This document shows, one piece after another, positions 10,832 through 21,546 of a DNA stretch of 64,000 nucleotides; the first letter of the stretch is position 1, and every line of letters begins with the position of its first letter. The notes under the pieces were generated by a model, which saw nothing but the letters and a program-made list of their open reading frames with translations, searched no databases and was not told the DNA's origin. The position numbers were made by a program, and so were the translations under genes. Origin of the DNA: Corallochytrium limacisporum Hawaii (Eukaryota > Protista > Pluriformea); the NCBI GenBank assembly GCA_002811645.1, contig PDIP01000079.1:19576-83575 (forward strand). Reading direction: 5' to 3'.

Positions 10832-12013
10832 TTATTTGAGAGACATGCAACCATCATCCACGGCTCTCAAGAGTCGCAGTATGCACTCTGCGGCGCCCTC
10901 GAATCCTTTTAATCGGATAAGGTCCAGGAAACGATCAGACAGAGCCTGTACTACCTGTTGGATTCGGAAGGAGGCTTCGGTGCTTATGTCGCGATTCATT
11001 GACAGTCCAATCTGTGGATGTACCCGTCCGGTGTGTACATCAAAGGTCTGAGACCAGCGCAGAGTAAGCATCCGCCGACGGTGGTTGCGTGCAGAGACAA
11101 GGAATGCCATCTCAGCGTGCTGCATACCTTCAGGAAAGACCACAATGGAGTTGCGCGTGGTTGAAGATCTTTCCGCAGCAGAGCTGTTAGTCCGTAACTC
11201 CCTATCACGTTTCTTCATATACTTCCAGAGCATCCGACGCTGGAGTTCGAAATGTGTGTACTGCTGAAGGGCTCGAAAGAAAGCCCAGAGCGATCCCGAT
11301 TGACTGACTTGCCTAGCAAATCCTTGCAGGGATTGTGGCGCATTTGAGACGATGATCTGCAAGTCGTCCACTGCGCCACTACCTGGAACGGAAGTGAAAT
11401 GAATATCAAAGCGCAGTCCCACACTCTCGCCAGCGAGATGGTAAGCCCGGGTAAAGGCGCTCGCATCCTCTGATTCACTGCCGTCCGTCGCTCGCCTCTT
11501 GTAAGTGTACGACGCTTCATCAAAACGAATGCCGCTTAACGCCTCCGCAGCTCTGATTTGTAGGTCCGTCGATTCTTCCCGATGAAAAGGGTCGTTCTCT
11601 TGAGTTATGGTGCCTGACATGCTGGATCCGTCCTGCAGACCCAGCAGAGAATCAAATATCTCTGCTACACCGCGGTCAACACCTTCATTTTGCTCAAGTG
11701 ACCCAGCATCCTCTCCTTCCATGAACATATCCTCTGCCAGGGCAGCCTCCTGTTCCGCCTCTAGACCCTTGATCTCCGACTCGAGTTGTGAGATGCGCTG
11801 CAGCAGTTCGGCCTGTCGGCGCTTCTCCTCTTCAATGATTCCAGGCATGCCCCGCCTCTTTGGCAAGGGCTTGAGCGTGTATACCGTAACCTCATCATCT
11901 TCGGACCCATCTTCTCGTTCCCGTTTCGCAGGTGCCCGAGCCTTTCCTTTGTCAATGCCAGAGCCGCTGGCTTTGCTGGACTGCTCCTCCGGCGGAGCCT
12001 GTACTGGAGCCAT
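10832..12013 (-). CDS. CENP-P/Ctf19-like inner kinetochore protein
   Basis: N-terminal coiled coil, then LSGIRF, YHLAG...LRFDIHF, LWAFFRALQQY...QRR, LTLRW...VHPQIGL, the pattern of the CENP-P tandem RWD domains. Confidence 0.7.
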   Translation of the reverse strand: MAPVQAPPEEQSSKASGSGIDKGKARAPAKREREDGSEDDEVTVYTLKPLPKRRGMPGIIEEEKRRQAELLQRISQLESEIKGLEAEQEAALAEDMFMEGEDAGSLEQNEGVDRGVAEIFDSLLGLQDGSSMSGTITQENDPFHREESTDLQIRAAEALSGIRFDEASYTYKRRATDGSESEDASAFTRAYHLAGESVGLRFDIHFTSVPGSGAVDDLQIIVSNAPQSLQGFARQVSQSGSLWAFFRALQQYTHFELQRRMLWKYMKKRDRELRTNSSAAERSSTTRNSIVVFPEGMQHAEMAFLVSARNHRRRMLTLRWSQTFDVHTGRVHPQIGLSMNRDISTEASFRIQQVVQALSDRFLDLIRLKGFEGAAECILRLLRAVDDGCMSLK

Positions 12014-12240
12014 TTTGTATCATCCGTCGTTCATGATCTGCCACCTGAATATACACATTGGTCTGAACCCAAACAGTAAGATGACTTAGATATCTATACT
12101 TCTGTACCGTGAGCGATCTACAGTATCTTTGAATACGTGGAGCCGATGCCATGCCCAAGACAGACTCCACTCGGCGGTTCAATCCGTGGGTATCTCTGGG
12201 GACGGACCCACTCTGCGCTGGGTGGGGGCCACCCCGAAAC

Positions 12241-12248
12241 TTTCGCGC
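12241..12248. promoter_or_regulatory. E2F-like site TTTCGCGC in the CENP-P/MED17 divergent promoter (CHR-like TTTGAA at 12128)
   Basis: Matches TTTSSCGC about 230 bp upstream of the CENP-P-like ATG; short motif that also occurs elsewhere. Confidence 0.35.
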
Positions 12249-12979
12249 CCTTCCGCTGAGTTCGCCGGCTTCTCTCCGAGGCCAAACTGCCCGAGATTGG
12301 CGTTTTCCATAGTGAAACACCTGGGCCCGGAAGAGTTCGTCCCCATTCCGAAGTAAAAATGGCGGCCCTACGGTCCGCTCCCGGGTCAGTTCGTCACACG
12401 TTTTCTTGCTTTCACTGTTGCGGTGAGCGGCCCGGTAGTGAAAGTACCGAAATTTCTCCCGAACCACTGGGAGCTCGGAAGGTTCGGACGGGTGCCCCTT
12501 GATCAGCTGCGGGTGGGTGAGGGAAGAGCGGGGAGGGCCTTGCGAAAGCCAAAACACTGCCGCCAAAGTATCGGCTCTTTGGGTGCACAGGGGCAACCAG
12601 TTGGCAAGAAACAAGAATTCATGACGCAGTATCTTCTTGGTGAAGTGTTTTCGGTTCCTTTTCTTTTTTTTTTTTTTTGGATTGTATCATGCCTCGGTGA
12701 TTATGGCGAGCGTTGATGTAAGGACCATTGAGCATAGTGATAAGGCAATTTGGCGCCGGCTTGAGTTTGTCATGTGGCAAAAGGTGTTTGAAACCTTCCA
12801 ATCAGAAGATTTCAGAACTGGGCTCGTGAAGCACAAAACTCTTGTGTTCGGGAACGAGAGTTATTAATTTTGGGAAATAGAAGCATAGTAAAGAAAACAA
12901 ACAAGAACACGAAAACTATGTGAGAACAACAGCAACATGAATTAAAGAAATTAAGATTTATCGTAGACAAAGGTGAAAA

Positions 12980-15900
12980 ATGCCGCGAAAGGCAGCAGCA
13001 AAACCTACGGAGAATGGGGCCGAGAAGGAACCGGCAACCCGAGGTCGTGGTCGTGGCCGCGGACGCGGACGGCACGCGTCAACTTCCTCTCGTCCGCGCC
13101 GTGGATCACAGCCAGACAAAGAAAAGCTGGAAAGGGAATTAAGTGTGGAGGCCGAACACGAGAATGGAGAGTCTGTTTCAGCCACCACAGAAAACAACAC
13201 TGAGGCCTCCACAGACAAGCGGCGGCGTTCGAAGCGGACTCGGGGTGGTTCAAAAACAGAAGAAAACGAAAGCACTGGAGCAACTTTACAGGCCCCGTCA
13301 TTTGAACAAGACGGCAGTGTCGCCGATGCTGATGGAGATGAGGAAGAGCATGAGGAACCACCAGCCAAACGCGGTCGTGTCACTCCACGCGGACGAGGCG
13401 GTAGGGGAAAGAAAGGTGCTAAGGCAGAGGCGGAAGACGCCGCAGCGGCGGCCGCAGACGCTGCTGCAGATGCTGCAGCTGACGCCGTTCAAGACGAGGT
13501 AGTAGACAAGGAAGAAGAAGTCGAGGTGGATGTTATGAGCACTACTGGATCCAAACGTGGAAAAGGACGGAATGCTAAGGCAAACAATGCAGCAGCAGCA
13601 GCAGCAGCACTGGCCGCGGTTGAGGAATCGACAAAGAGCGAATCTGCCAAGAAGCGCAAGGCACATGAGGCAGAAGACGAGGCGGCAGCTGTAGAGGTCA
13701 TGGAAGTAGATTCTGCGGCGATAGCAGAGGAACCTCAGAAGGTAGAATCTCCGACGCGACCCGCCAAGGCAAGTTCGAGGCGGACCTCTCCCGTTCGCAA
13801 GCCAAAGGGCAAGGCGAAGACGGTAACACAGAATGGTGCGAATGCCGGAATAATGGTCGGTTTGGAAGCACCATTAGTTCCGCGGATACGACAGATTGGC
13901 TCCTTTGGAGAGATCGATGAATTCAAATTCCCGTCTATCCAGGATGATCTATACCAACGCTCACAGTCACTTAACCTTGCGCAGTTGACCGGAAAAAAGG
14001 TGAAGGATGAACAAGCTGCCGCAGAGGAAGACGAGGCCAGCCGACACAACAAGGCCCTAACAGATGCCCATGAACTATGGATGTCAGTGGACCAACGCCT
14101 ACAGTTCGCCAGCGATGAACTGGGGGTGCTGATGAACACTTTGGACATGCTCTCCGGTGCAGATACTGGTGTGATGCAACAGCGCATAGATGACGACCGC
14201 CCCGCACCACAATTTGTGCAAGATATTCGGAATCAAAAAATTGTGCCTGCGCGATTGGATGCACAAGGCATTCTTGCCTACCAACCGGACTACTTTGTCT
14301 CCATGGCCCATAAGGCAAAAAAGACCCAATTGGCAGAGGCCGCCAGTGCCCTCAGCAGTGCCGCGGCGCGCCTACAAAAGGAAGTGTCAGCTCAACAGGA
14401 ATACCATGGCATCGTCAATGGTTTGCGCAGTCGCTGGAAAATTGAGCGCAAGCAACAAGATGACCGCGTTGCTGGCGCTGGCGGCGGCGGCGGATCCGGA
14501 GGACTTTACATTGACATCACTACAGAGACTTGCGGAGGAGGTTTGTTGCAGAGAGTCTACGATGCTACAGATGAGCCCAGCTTAGCTACATCACGGGATC
14601 ATAAAGACTGGGACCATGCTTATCGTGAGTGGAAGGAACAGCACATGGTAAAACTGAGCATGCGCAGCCGTCGCTCTGACGAAACGACTGTAGACGACAG
14701 CGCAATGGAAACCGACATTGCTGCGGACTCGCGAACACTGGAACTGGAACACTATGATTTGCAGGTGGGAACTAAGGTCTATGACCCACGCTTTGACCTT
14801 AAAATTAAGTCCAAGGAGACGTCGGCTGGCGAGGCTACTGAAATACCTTCTGAGCAAGGCATCTCCCTTTCGCTGCGAAACTTCAAGGATGGCATGACGG
14901 GTAAAGACCTGCCCATGGTTCGTCAGGTACCTCTGATTTGCCACCCTCGCGAGCTCGGTGGCAGCTCGGCAGGCCTGCTGTCCATAGATAGTGAGTCAGA
15001 TCGTACACGTCACGCTGCACTGGAAGGCAGTGAGAAGCAACTCAACCGGCTGTTGGGTAAGATGCACAGTCATTTCATCCACCAGCGCATTGCCTACCGT
15101 CTCGAGAAGACCCTGCGGAAAGAGTTGCGTGGAGGCAAGCTGCAGTCTCTTGTTGAGTTTGACACAGCTCTCTGCGCAGCGGTGGACAATGATCACCTAC
15201 TCATATTGCAAAGGCAATTGGAGCAAGCAATCACTGGCATTGATTCTGTCAAGACTGTAACTCCTTTTGATCGCAGTCTCCTGCTCCTGCTTGCAAACTT
15301 GCAGGTTGATCTCGAATCGCTAGCATCACGCGCAACCAAGGACAGTGCCATGAACCGAGATCTCACTGAGGTGTTGTTGAGTGGTTCCGGTGCCCGTACC
15401 ACTGGCCCATCTAGTGGAGTGGTTCGCAACAGGAGCACAACCAACTTCGCGGCCGCGGGATCCATGGACAGTGATCTGCAAATGGTCTCTCAATCTTTTG
15501 CGCTGCCACTGCTAGACATGCTCAGGCATACGCTCACGCGTCGCCAGGTCTTGCGTTTCTTGGACGACACCTTTGAAAGCTTCAGTGAAGGCGGTCTGAT
15601 CATCCACATGGATCCCCGACAGGTGGACTGTACCCGAAGCATCATTTTCTTGCGCATGGGCAAGACTGGTGAGAACGAAAGTCCTTTGCTCAGTATCATC
15701 ATCGAAGGCACATCACTGTACGTTTATGAGCACGACGCTCCGCTGCAGAAGCAGACCGAGAAGAACAGTGGGAGCGGTGGCCCTCAGACAGCGAGATCTG
15801 CTCAGAATGCAGCCCAACGCTCGCATCGCATCGTCCGCATGACGGCCGATGAACTCCGAGATCTTGTCTACCAGCGTCTGTGCCACGGCTGGGCTGCTTA

Positions 15901-16258
15901 TCTGCGCTCCGAGCTGAAGAGCCGCGGCTGTGTCGTGCTCAATGATGGCAGTGGTGAGCTCACTCCGCTGGCGCTCAGCCAGGCATTCACTGTGGCATAT
16001 CCTCCCGGCGATCTGGAACTGCGAATCAGTCTACCTGCAGGTGCAAAGGAACCTGTGGTTATGGTCATGCCCATGCACACGCTGCAACGTGCCTCCGCCG
16101 AAGCGGCCACCGGTGGCAAGAATGGCGTGATCACAGTCGGGAAAGAAACCCCAGAGCTTGTCCGCACGAAGCCAATCAGGGTCAAATTGAGTTCGCTGCC
16201 TGGTCAGAGCATTACAGACAAGCTGACCTCATTCCTGCAGCGTAATCGGCTGGCTTAA
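12980..16258 (+). CDS. MED17: Mediator subunit 17-like protein with a long low-complexity N-terminal extension
   Basis: PLVPRIRQIGSF, LQFASDELGVLMNTLDML, KKTQLAEAASALSSAAARLQKEV..YHGIVNGLRSRWKI match the Med17 N-terminal helices. Confidence 0.75.
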   Translation: MPRKAAAKPTENGAEKEPATRGRGRGRGRGRHASTSSRPRRGSQPDKEKLERELSVEAEHENGESVSATTENNTEASTDKRRRSKRTRGGSKTEENESTGATLQAPSFEQDGSVADADGDEEEHEEPPAKRGRVTPRGRGGRGKKGAKAEAEDAAAAAADAAADAAADAVQDEVVDKEEEVEVDVMSTTGSKRGKGRNAKANNAAAAAAALAAVEESTKSESAKKRKAHEAEDEAAAVEVMEVDSAAIAEEPQKVESPTRPAKASSRRTSPVRKPKGKAKTVTQNGANAGIMVGLEAPLVPRIRQIGSFGEIDEFKFPSIQDDLYQRSQSLNLAQLTGKKVKDEQAAAEEDEASRHNKALTDAHELWMSVDQRLQFASDELGVLMNTLDMLSGADTGVMQQRIDDDRPAPQFVQDIRNQKIVPARLDAQGILAYQPDYFVSMAHKAKKTQLAEAASALSSAAARLQKEVSAQQEYHGIVNGLRSRWKIERKQQDDRVAGAGGGGGSGGLYIDITTETCGGGLLQRVYDATDEPSLATSRDHKDWDHAYREWKEQHMVKLSMRSRRSDETTVDDSAMETDIAADSRTLELEHYDLQVGTKVYDPRFDLKIKSKETSAGEATEIPSEQGISLSLRNFKDGMTGKDLPMVRQVPLICHPRELGGSSAGLLSIDSESDRTRHAALEGSEKQLNRLLGKMHSHFIHQRIAYRLEKTLRKELRGGKLQSLVEFDTALCAAVDNDHLLILQRQLEQAITGIDSVKTVTPFDRSLLLLLANLQVDLESLASRATKDSAMNRDLTEVLLSGSGARTTGPSSGVVRNRSTTNFAAAGSMDSDLQMVSQSFALPLLDMLRHTLTRRQVLRFLDDTFESFSEGGLIIHMDPRQVDCTRSIIFLRMGKTGENESPLLSIIIEGTSLYVYEHDAPLQKQTEKNSGSGGPQTARSAQNAAQRSHRIVRMTADELRDLVYQRLCHGWAAYLRSELKSRGCVVLNDGSGELTPLALSQAFTVAYPPGDLELRISLPAGAKEPVVMVMPMHTLQRASAEAATGGKNGVITVGKETPELVRTKPIRVKLSSLPGQSITDKLTSFLQRNRLA

Positions 16259-16334
16259 AGTGAGCAACTATTTTGATTAATTCCATAAAGAGTACCTTTA
16301 TTGACTCAAAAGATCGGTGGTCCCATTATCAGCT

Positions 16335-16674
16335 TTACAGACTCTTCCGCATGACCACGTCGTCCTCGTCCGTTGGGATCTCCGTTCGCGTGGAGTGATC
16401 TCCCGTCGGACGACGCACGTCGAGGTCAATAACTTTGCGATCGCGCTTGTTCTTGAACATGAGCCCGGCCTCCGTCTCAGCAAGGGCCTGGAAATCTGAG
16501 GTGGCTGTACTCACAATAACTAACCTCACCATTACCACGATATCCGAGCTCAACCAACTGCCGTGCGAGTTCTTCATCCTCTAGGTAGTACAGACCGGCG
16601 GCGGAAATGTGACTGTTCAGGTAGTCTTCGTGGGTCTCCAGCTCAAGTAGAGCGGCGTAATTCTGTACCGACAT
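16335..16674 (-). pseudogene. CFAP299: CFAP299 (C4orf22) homolog lacking its central region, with the two ends in different frames
   Basis: N part HEDYLNSHI..LYYLEDEELARQLVELGYRGNGE; C part in another frame GLMFKNKRDRKVIDLD..GDHSTRTEI; junction near 16524. Confidence 0.8.
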
Positions 16675-18603
16675 GATATTATGTTCTTTTCTTTCTTCAA
16701 TCAAAGTGTGAATCTGGTTGGGTTCGATGTCCATTCTGAAGGTTGACTCACCACCTACCTCTCTTCCACAGGGGACAGATCGTGTCCGCTGCGGGCAAAG
16801 AGCTTTTGGCAACTTTCTCTCGTCCTTCGCATTCTTCGTTGCCATGTTCTTCATGACAGATCTACTGCCTTGCTCACTTCATGAATAGGTGGTCACTCTC
16901 ATGCGTCAGTTGTAGAATGCTGGTGTGGCCCACAGCGCTCTTACTGCCAGATCTCATGCCACCTCGGGTCGCACCGTCCCTACACGGACGGATTCATCAG
17001 ACCCACCCCAACTCGATCCAACGGAGTCCTTTGGTCACAAAATATACCTGATGCCCTTATTCTAATCTTTAGCATGAATTAACCCTGGGCTGCACCCGCT
17101 CGCTCGGGTTGATGATTTTGTTATAGAGCCACTATGGAAGAAGCACCGCGAACGACAACACGGTGCTCCCGGTGGGAAAGTTCGGACATTTAATATACGG
17201 TAAATATGTATATTCATATTCACAATTGGTATAGACATGAATATATTATACCGATTTTTGGTAAATCCGTGGGTAGTCCCAGGGTGACGTGAGAACTGTT
17301 CAGGTTCTTCCCATTTGCCTTGGAACACCGTGGTTTCCCAGACCCAACAGCGATATTGGTACTTAATGTACCGGGCGGGTCATTGCCTGGGGTTGGGCAG
17401 GTCCTTCGAAACCGGCCCGATAGCTTCCCCCAATTCGCCCGCTTTCGTTCCCATAACGGAGGGTCCCCGCTCCTGGTCGGTGAGCCTACTCCACAGGGCC
17501 GCAAGCCTCGTGGATTTCACACTGTCTGTGATTTAGTAGTAAATATATTATGAAATTTCCAACAGCATTGTGATATGTTTATTTTCTCGCTTTCGTCACA
17601 TCCAAACCCGTTCGTCAAATTCCCAAAACCGGCAGGGCGCACCCGCCGCAGGCAACGAAAGGGGCTCTTAAAGAAAGCGCGACACCCTCGTTCCGATATT
17701 TGCCAACCGATCCCAAACGTGACACGCCTGGTGGATCTTACCGGTATTTCGGGGAGACACTTGCGCCTGTGTATAGTATGCTGGGCCGAAACCGCGACTT
17801 TCTCCGCCCTCCTTCCCCCCCCCCCTCCCTTCTCTTTCTCCTGTGCCAAGAGAAAGAGGGAGGATAGCGCGAAGACGGGAAGCTGGGGTATGGGTGACGA
17901 CGACCGGCCACCGCAAGGCTACAGGCACCTGAGAAAAGCAAAAGCCTCTCTGCGCGGGCCGGGAGGAGTTGACCGGTCACCTGGACCTCCACTCCCCTCG
18001 CTTGTCCGTCGCAACCAAAGGGGGGGCGACAGGGCCGGTACTGAGACAGTAGCGGCCTCGATAACTTTTGTCCTGCCTGCTGATCGAGTCTCTCTCTCTC
18101 TTTTTTTTTGCTACTTTCGAAATCGAAAGATTTTTTTTTTTTGATGTGCACTGTGCTGCCCCCGCAACACAGCTGTCCGGTGGTCTTGGAGTTTGATGTG
18201 CAGTCTGTGAATGGGGTACATTGAGTCACAACCGCAGAGAACACTAAGCGATGAGCATGGTGTGTGAATTGGTGTTGGCGAAGTAGGATTTAAGGGAGAC
18301 AAGAACTAAAGGTTTATCCGTCATCGGCAGAGAGTGTAAGAAAAAAAAATGTGCAAGGCTAGGTCGCGAATAATGCGAACTGCTCGGTGTAGAGTTTAAA
18401 GCTACTTGTGGTTGTGAGCTGTTGAGGTATGGCGTACACTTGGACAACAAGTAGCGTTTAAATACCCACAGCCATACTACGAGTGATAAAGAGAGTGACC
18501 GCGTTGGGCATCGACAAGTGGCCATTGAAAACGCAGCCATGAAGTAAAACAGTCTCATAAACGCTGAGAGTGAGTCGAACGAACAAAATTCCAAATCATC
18601 GCA

Positions 18604-19332
18604 ATGAACGTATCACTTCTGCGATCAGGCGGTAATACTGCCGTCCGTACGGTGCAGTCAATAAAAAGGGTCCGTGACCTCCAAACGTCTGCTCGGGCCA
18701 TGCTGGATATCACTAGCAGCCACATGCAGGCTGGTCCACGTTACATTCCACCACCCAAGGACGCTGGCGGCCGGGGTGTACCGGAATCGTCTACCCTTGC
18801 TGCTGACGCACAATACTTTATTTTCCGGTTCCCGCTCGACACATTGCAAACAACCAAGCGGCTGAAGTCCAGCGGATTCACGGAGGAGCAGTCTGAGGAA
18901 GTGGTGCGAGTCCTAGAAGAAGTGTTGCAAGAGTCATATGCGGGAATAGCACGGAATGTGGTGCGTCGGGAAGAGTTGGAAGTCGTGAGGAAGGACATTT
19001 CTGCACTGCAGGCTCAGGATGTGGGCAGTATTCGCACGGAGTACCAACGCATCAGTGCCGAGTCCGAAAAGATGATCGACCACGTTAATGACGAGATTGC
19101 AAAACTGAAGAGCAATGTGCGCTTGGATTTCAGTTTAGAAAAGGGACGGATCCGTGAAGAGACTACAGTAATGGAGATGAAAGTTAAGGATTCCAACAAT
19201 AAGATTGATACGGAAGTTGCAGCATTGCGCACGGCCATTGAGTCCATGAAACTCGATCTAATCAGATACTCGGGATCCATGTTCCTCTCAGCAGGCGCGC
19301 TCTTCCTGGCTTATTTGCGCTTTGCGGCCTAA
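18604..19332 (+). CDS. CCDC90/MCUR1/Fmp32 family mitochondrial coiled-coil protein (DUF1640)
   Basis: LDTLQTTKRLKSSGFTEEQSE, VRLDFSLEKGRIREE, KIDTEVAALRTAIESMKLDLIRY, C-terminal TM ending LAYLRF; presequence-like N-terminus. Confidence 0.92.
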   Translation: MNVSLLRSGGNTAVRTVQSIKRVRDLQTSARAMLDITSSHMQAGPRYIPPPKDAGGRGVPESSTLAADAQYFIFRFPLDTLQTTKRLKSSGFTEEQSEEVVRVLEEVLQESYAGIARNVVRREELEVVRKDISALQAQDVGSIRTEYQRISAESEKMIDHVNDEIAKLKSNVRLDFSLEKGRIREETTVMEMKVKDSNNKIDTEVAALRTAIESMKLDLIRYSGSMFLSAGALFLAYLRFAA

Positions 19333-19521
19333 GATGAGAATGTTTTGATGGTCGACGTGTGTATAGAAACTAGGACGACGTTCAAATTACAGAACAACAA
19401 TGAAAATGAAGATATAGTACAGTAAGTTTAAACGGGATTCGATATCATGATACAGCCGATGTAAATGTCACCTTATGATACACATGTAAATGAGGTTGGG
19501 GGTGACAAGGGAGTTCTAAAT

Positions 19522-20355
19522 TCACACGTTGGCATCGGCCACTCGGATGCCCAGGAAGTGCTTCCCTTGCTCATAGGCACCGAAGAAGACTAAGCCACCA
19601 ATGGAGATCCAGAATGTCCGCGGAGTGGCACCAGCAAACAGTCCTGTAATGCCTCCTTTGCTATATACTTCGCCTATAGTCACGAGAAGACCGCGGTTGG
19701 CCTCATGGCTCAGCATGATGCGCGTCTTGGCGACATCCAGGGGGGTGGTAGTGTACGCAGCAAAGCCACCGGATACACTTCCACACAGAGATGCTTCCAG
19801 CGGCGAGAGGTCACGGCCCTTGGACTCGGCCCAATTCGTCTTTAATGCTTCGTACAGAGGGAATTGGATCATACTGAAAGGAATCTCTCTCATCAGTGTG
19901 GTGGTATATCCTTTGAAGAAACCGAGCGGTCCTTCCTTCTCCAGGATGCCCTGGATGGCATGGCGGTTGGAAGCACTAACGCCCGCCTGCAGCTTTTGCT
20001 TCACGTTCTCTGTCGGCACCCGGACTACGCATGCAAACGCCTCTCCGACCGAGGCCGCAGCCATGTGTGCAAAGGGCAGACCACCAGGTCCGAAGCGCTC
20101 AGAGAACACACGCTTAGACGACTCATAGCCTCCGAAGAATGCAGCAGCACCTGGCACAGATCCAACTGCCGCACTCAGGAGACCTGAGTATATTCCTTTG
20201 AAACCACCAGACTTGTAGAAACCCCTTTCACTCTGGAGGCGCGTCTTGATTGTATCCAGGGGGAACAGTGCGACATCAACGCACAGTCCTGCCACGCCGC
20301 CCGCGAGCATATACCGCCAAGGGGCAATCGGAGTTCTCTCTTTCTGACTACTCAT
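19522..20355 (-). CDS. Mitochondrial S-adenosylmethionine carrier (SLC25A26/PET8-like)
   Basis: LFPLDTIKTRLQ, VRVPTENVKQ, REIPFSMIQFPLYE, TTPLDVAKTRIM; start at AACC-ATG 20355. Confidence 0.92.
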   Translation of the reverse strand: MSSQKERTPIAPWRYMLAGGVAGLCVDVALFPLDTIKTRLQSERGFYKSGGFKGIYSGLLSAAVGSVPGAAAFFGGYESSKRVFSERFGPGGLPFAHMAAASVGEAFACVVRVPTENVKQKLQAGVSASNRHAIQGILEKEGPLGFFKGYTTTLMREIPFSMIQFPLYEALKTNWAESKGRDLSPLEASLCGSVSGGFAAYTTTPLDVAKTRIMLSHEANRGLLVTIGEVYSKGGITGLFAGATPRTFWISIGGLVFFGAYEQGKHFLGIRVADANV

Positions 20356-20431
20356 GGTTGCACGGGCACTATCACATGACAGCCGGGATTTCCATTCATA
20401 CACTTTGCCACCTCTCCCACGTGCTGGGGAT

Positions 20432-20476
20432 CTGTCAGCAACTATGCTCGCTGACCTACCCAAACGCCTGATCTAC
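20432..20476 (-). other. Putative 45-nt 5'-UTR intron of the SAM carrier gene
   Basis: Minus strand AAG|GTAGAT...TTGCTGACAG| with branch-like CTGAC next to the acceptor. Confidence 0.4.
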
Positions 20477-20898
20477 CTTGGCCAAGCAAATTATCAAGTC
20501 AAAGGTTACATGATGAGCTCACGAAAAGCCCGTACCGGCCCAATGTAACCCCTTCCTTTGGCTGGGTTCTCGTTGCTTTTACTTGAGCACTTGCCTTGAG
20601 ACCTGGCACCCGGGTTGAGGCTGTGGCGGCGTCCAACTGAACCGGAGGCAAGGGGTGTCTCGTGGTGAGTTGGGGAGGGTTTGGGGATTGGGGGGTAAAG
20701 GTCCCACCGTACATTCACGACCGAAATCTGGAAACTTACAGATGGCCAGTATACAAAATCTGCATAATATTTTCAGGAGTCCCGAAATATTGTCTCCAGC
20801 ACCGTATGTGTAATGAGAAGAATATACATTAATAAGTGTAATAGTTTGTGATGTGGAAAGATGGGGGAGATTTTAAATTGTTTGTGTTTTTTTGTCAT

Positions 20899-21546
20899 TT
20901 AGTCGTTCAGACCATGATGATGAGCTCGCTTCGGCATGAGCGCATTCTGGGCCCCCATAAGATGGGCACCAAGTAACTTTAGTAGTTGACCATCGTTCAT
21001 TGTTGTTGCGAGAACTGGTTCGGAATTGGTCTCAGCCTCCTCTGAGTTGGGCTGGTCGCACGCGCCACGTTCGTACGCTTCGGGTGTACAGAATCTAATA
21101 GTCACATGTCCTGGCACGTCGCTTTCTTGTTTCTGGTACTCACTCCAAGAAAATGCCATATGACGCGGAGCAATGTAACCGTGAACTGTCATGGTGCAGC
21201 CTTTGGCGTTGTCAGCATCCCCGGATTCGTCCATTACCACACCGAAGAACGCGCTCTTTGTGTCCTCATCTGGACCGAGTGGTCCATAACCTGCGGAAAT
21301 GTAGAACTCACTATTGGGCTCGCAGAGATCAGACCGCCAGAGCTTGATACTACTGTTACCACCGATCTTGGCCTGACCATTTTCATCCCACTGGTGTTCC
21401 CAGAAATATGCAGTGGCTGACTCATGACGGTACAGCTGCAGAGTCATTTCTGTGTTTACATTGTTGACGATCTCAACGAAGGGCTGGTATAGATACAGTG
21501 GGGTACCCATACCCTCACCAATCATCCTCGGAACCTTGTCACTCAT
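20899..21546 (-). CDS. Uncharacterised beta-rich protein, possibly aegerolysin/actinoporin-like fold
   Basis: 215 aa ORF with AAA-ATG context, coding-like codons and AT-rich flanks; FVEIVNN..EMTL..YFW..W pattern. Confidence 0.75.
   Translation of the reverse strand: MSDKVPRMIGEGMGTPLYLYQPFVEIVNNVNTEMTLQLYRHESATAYFWEHQWDENGQAKIGGNSSIKLWRSDLCEPNSEFYISAGYGPLGPDEDTKSAFFGVVMDESGDADNAKGCTMTVHGYIAPRHMAFSWSEYQKQESDVPGHVTIRFCTPEAYERGACDQPNSEEAETNSEPVLATTMNDGQLLKLLGAHLMGAQNALMPKRAHHHGLND

Noticed and set aside
12165-12190. GGTTCAATCC resembling a tRNA T-arm
   Set aside because: No acceptor stem, D-arm or anticodon arm can be built
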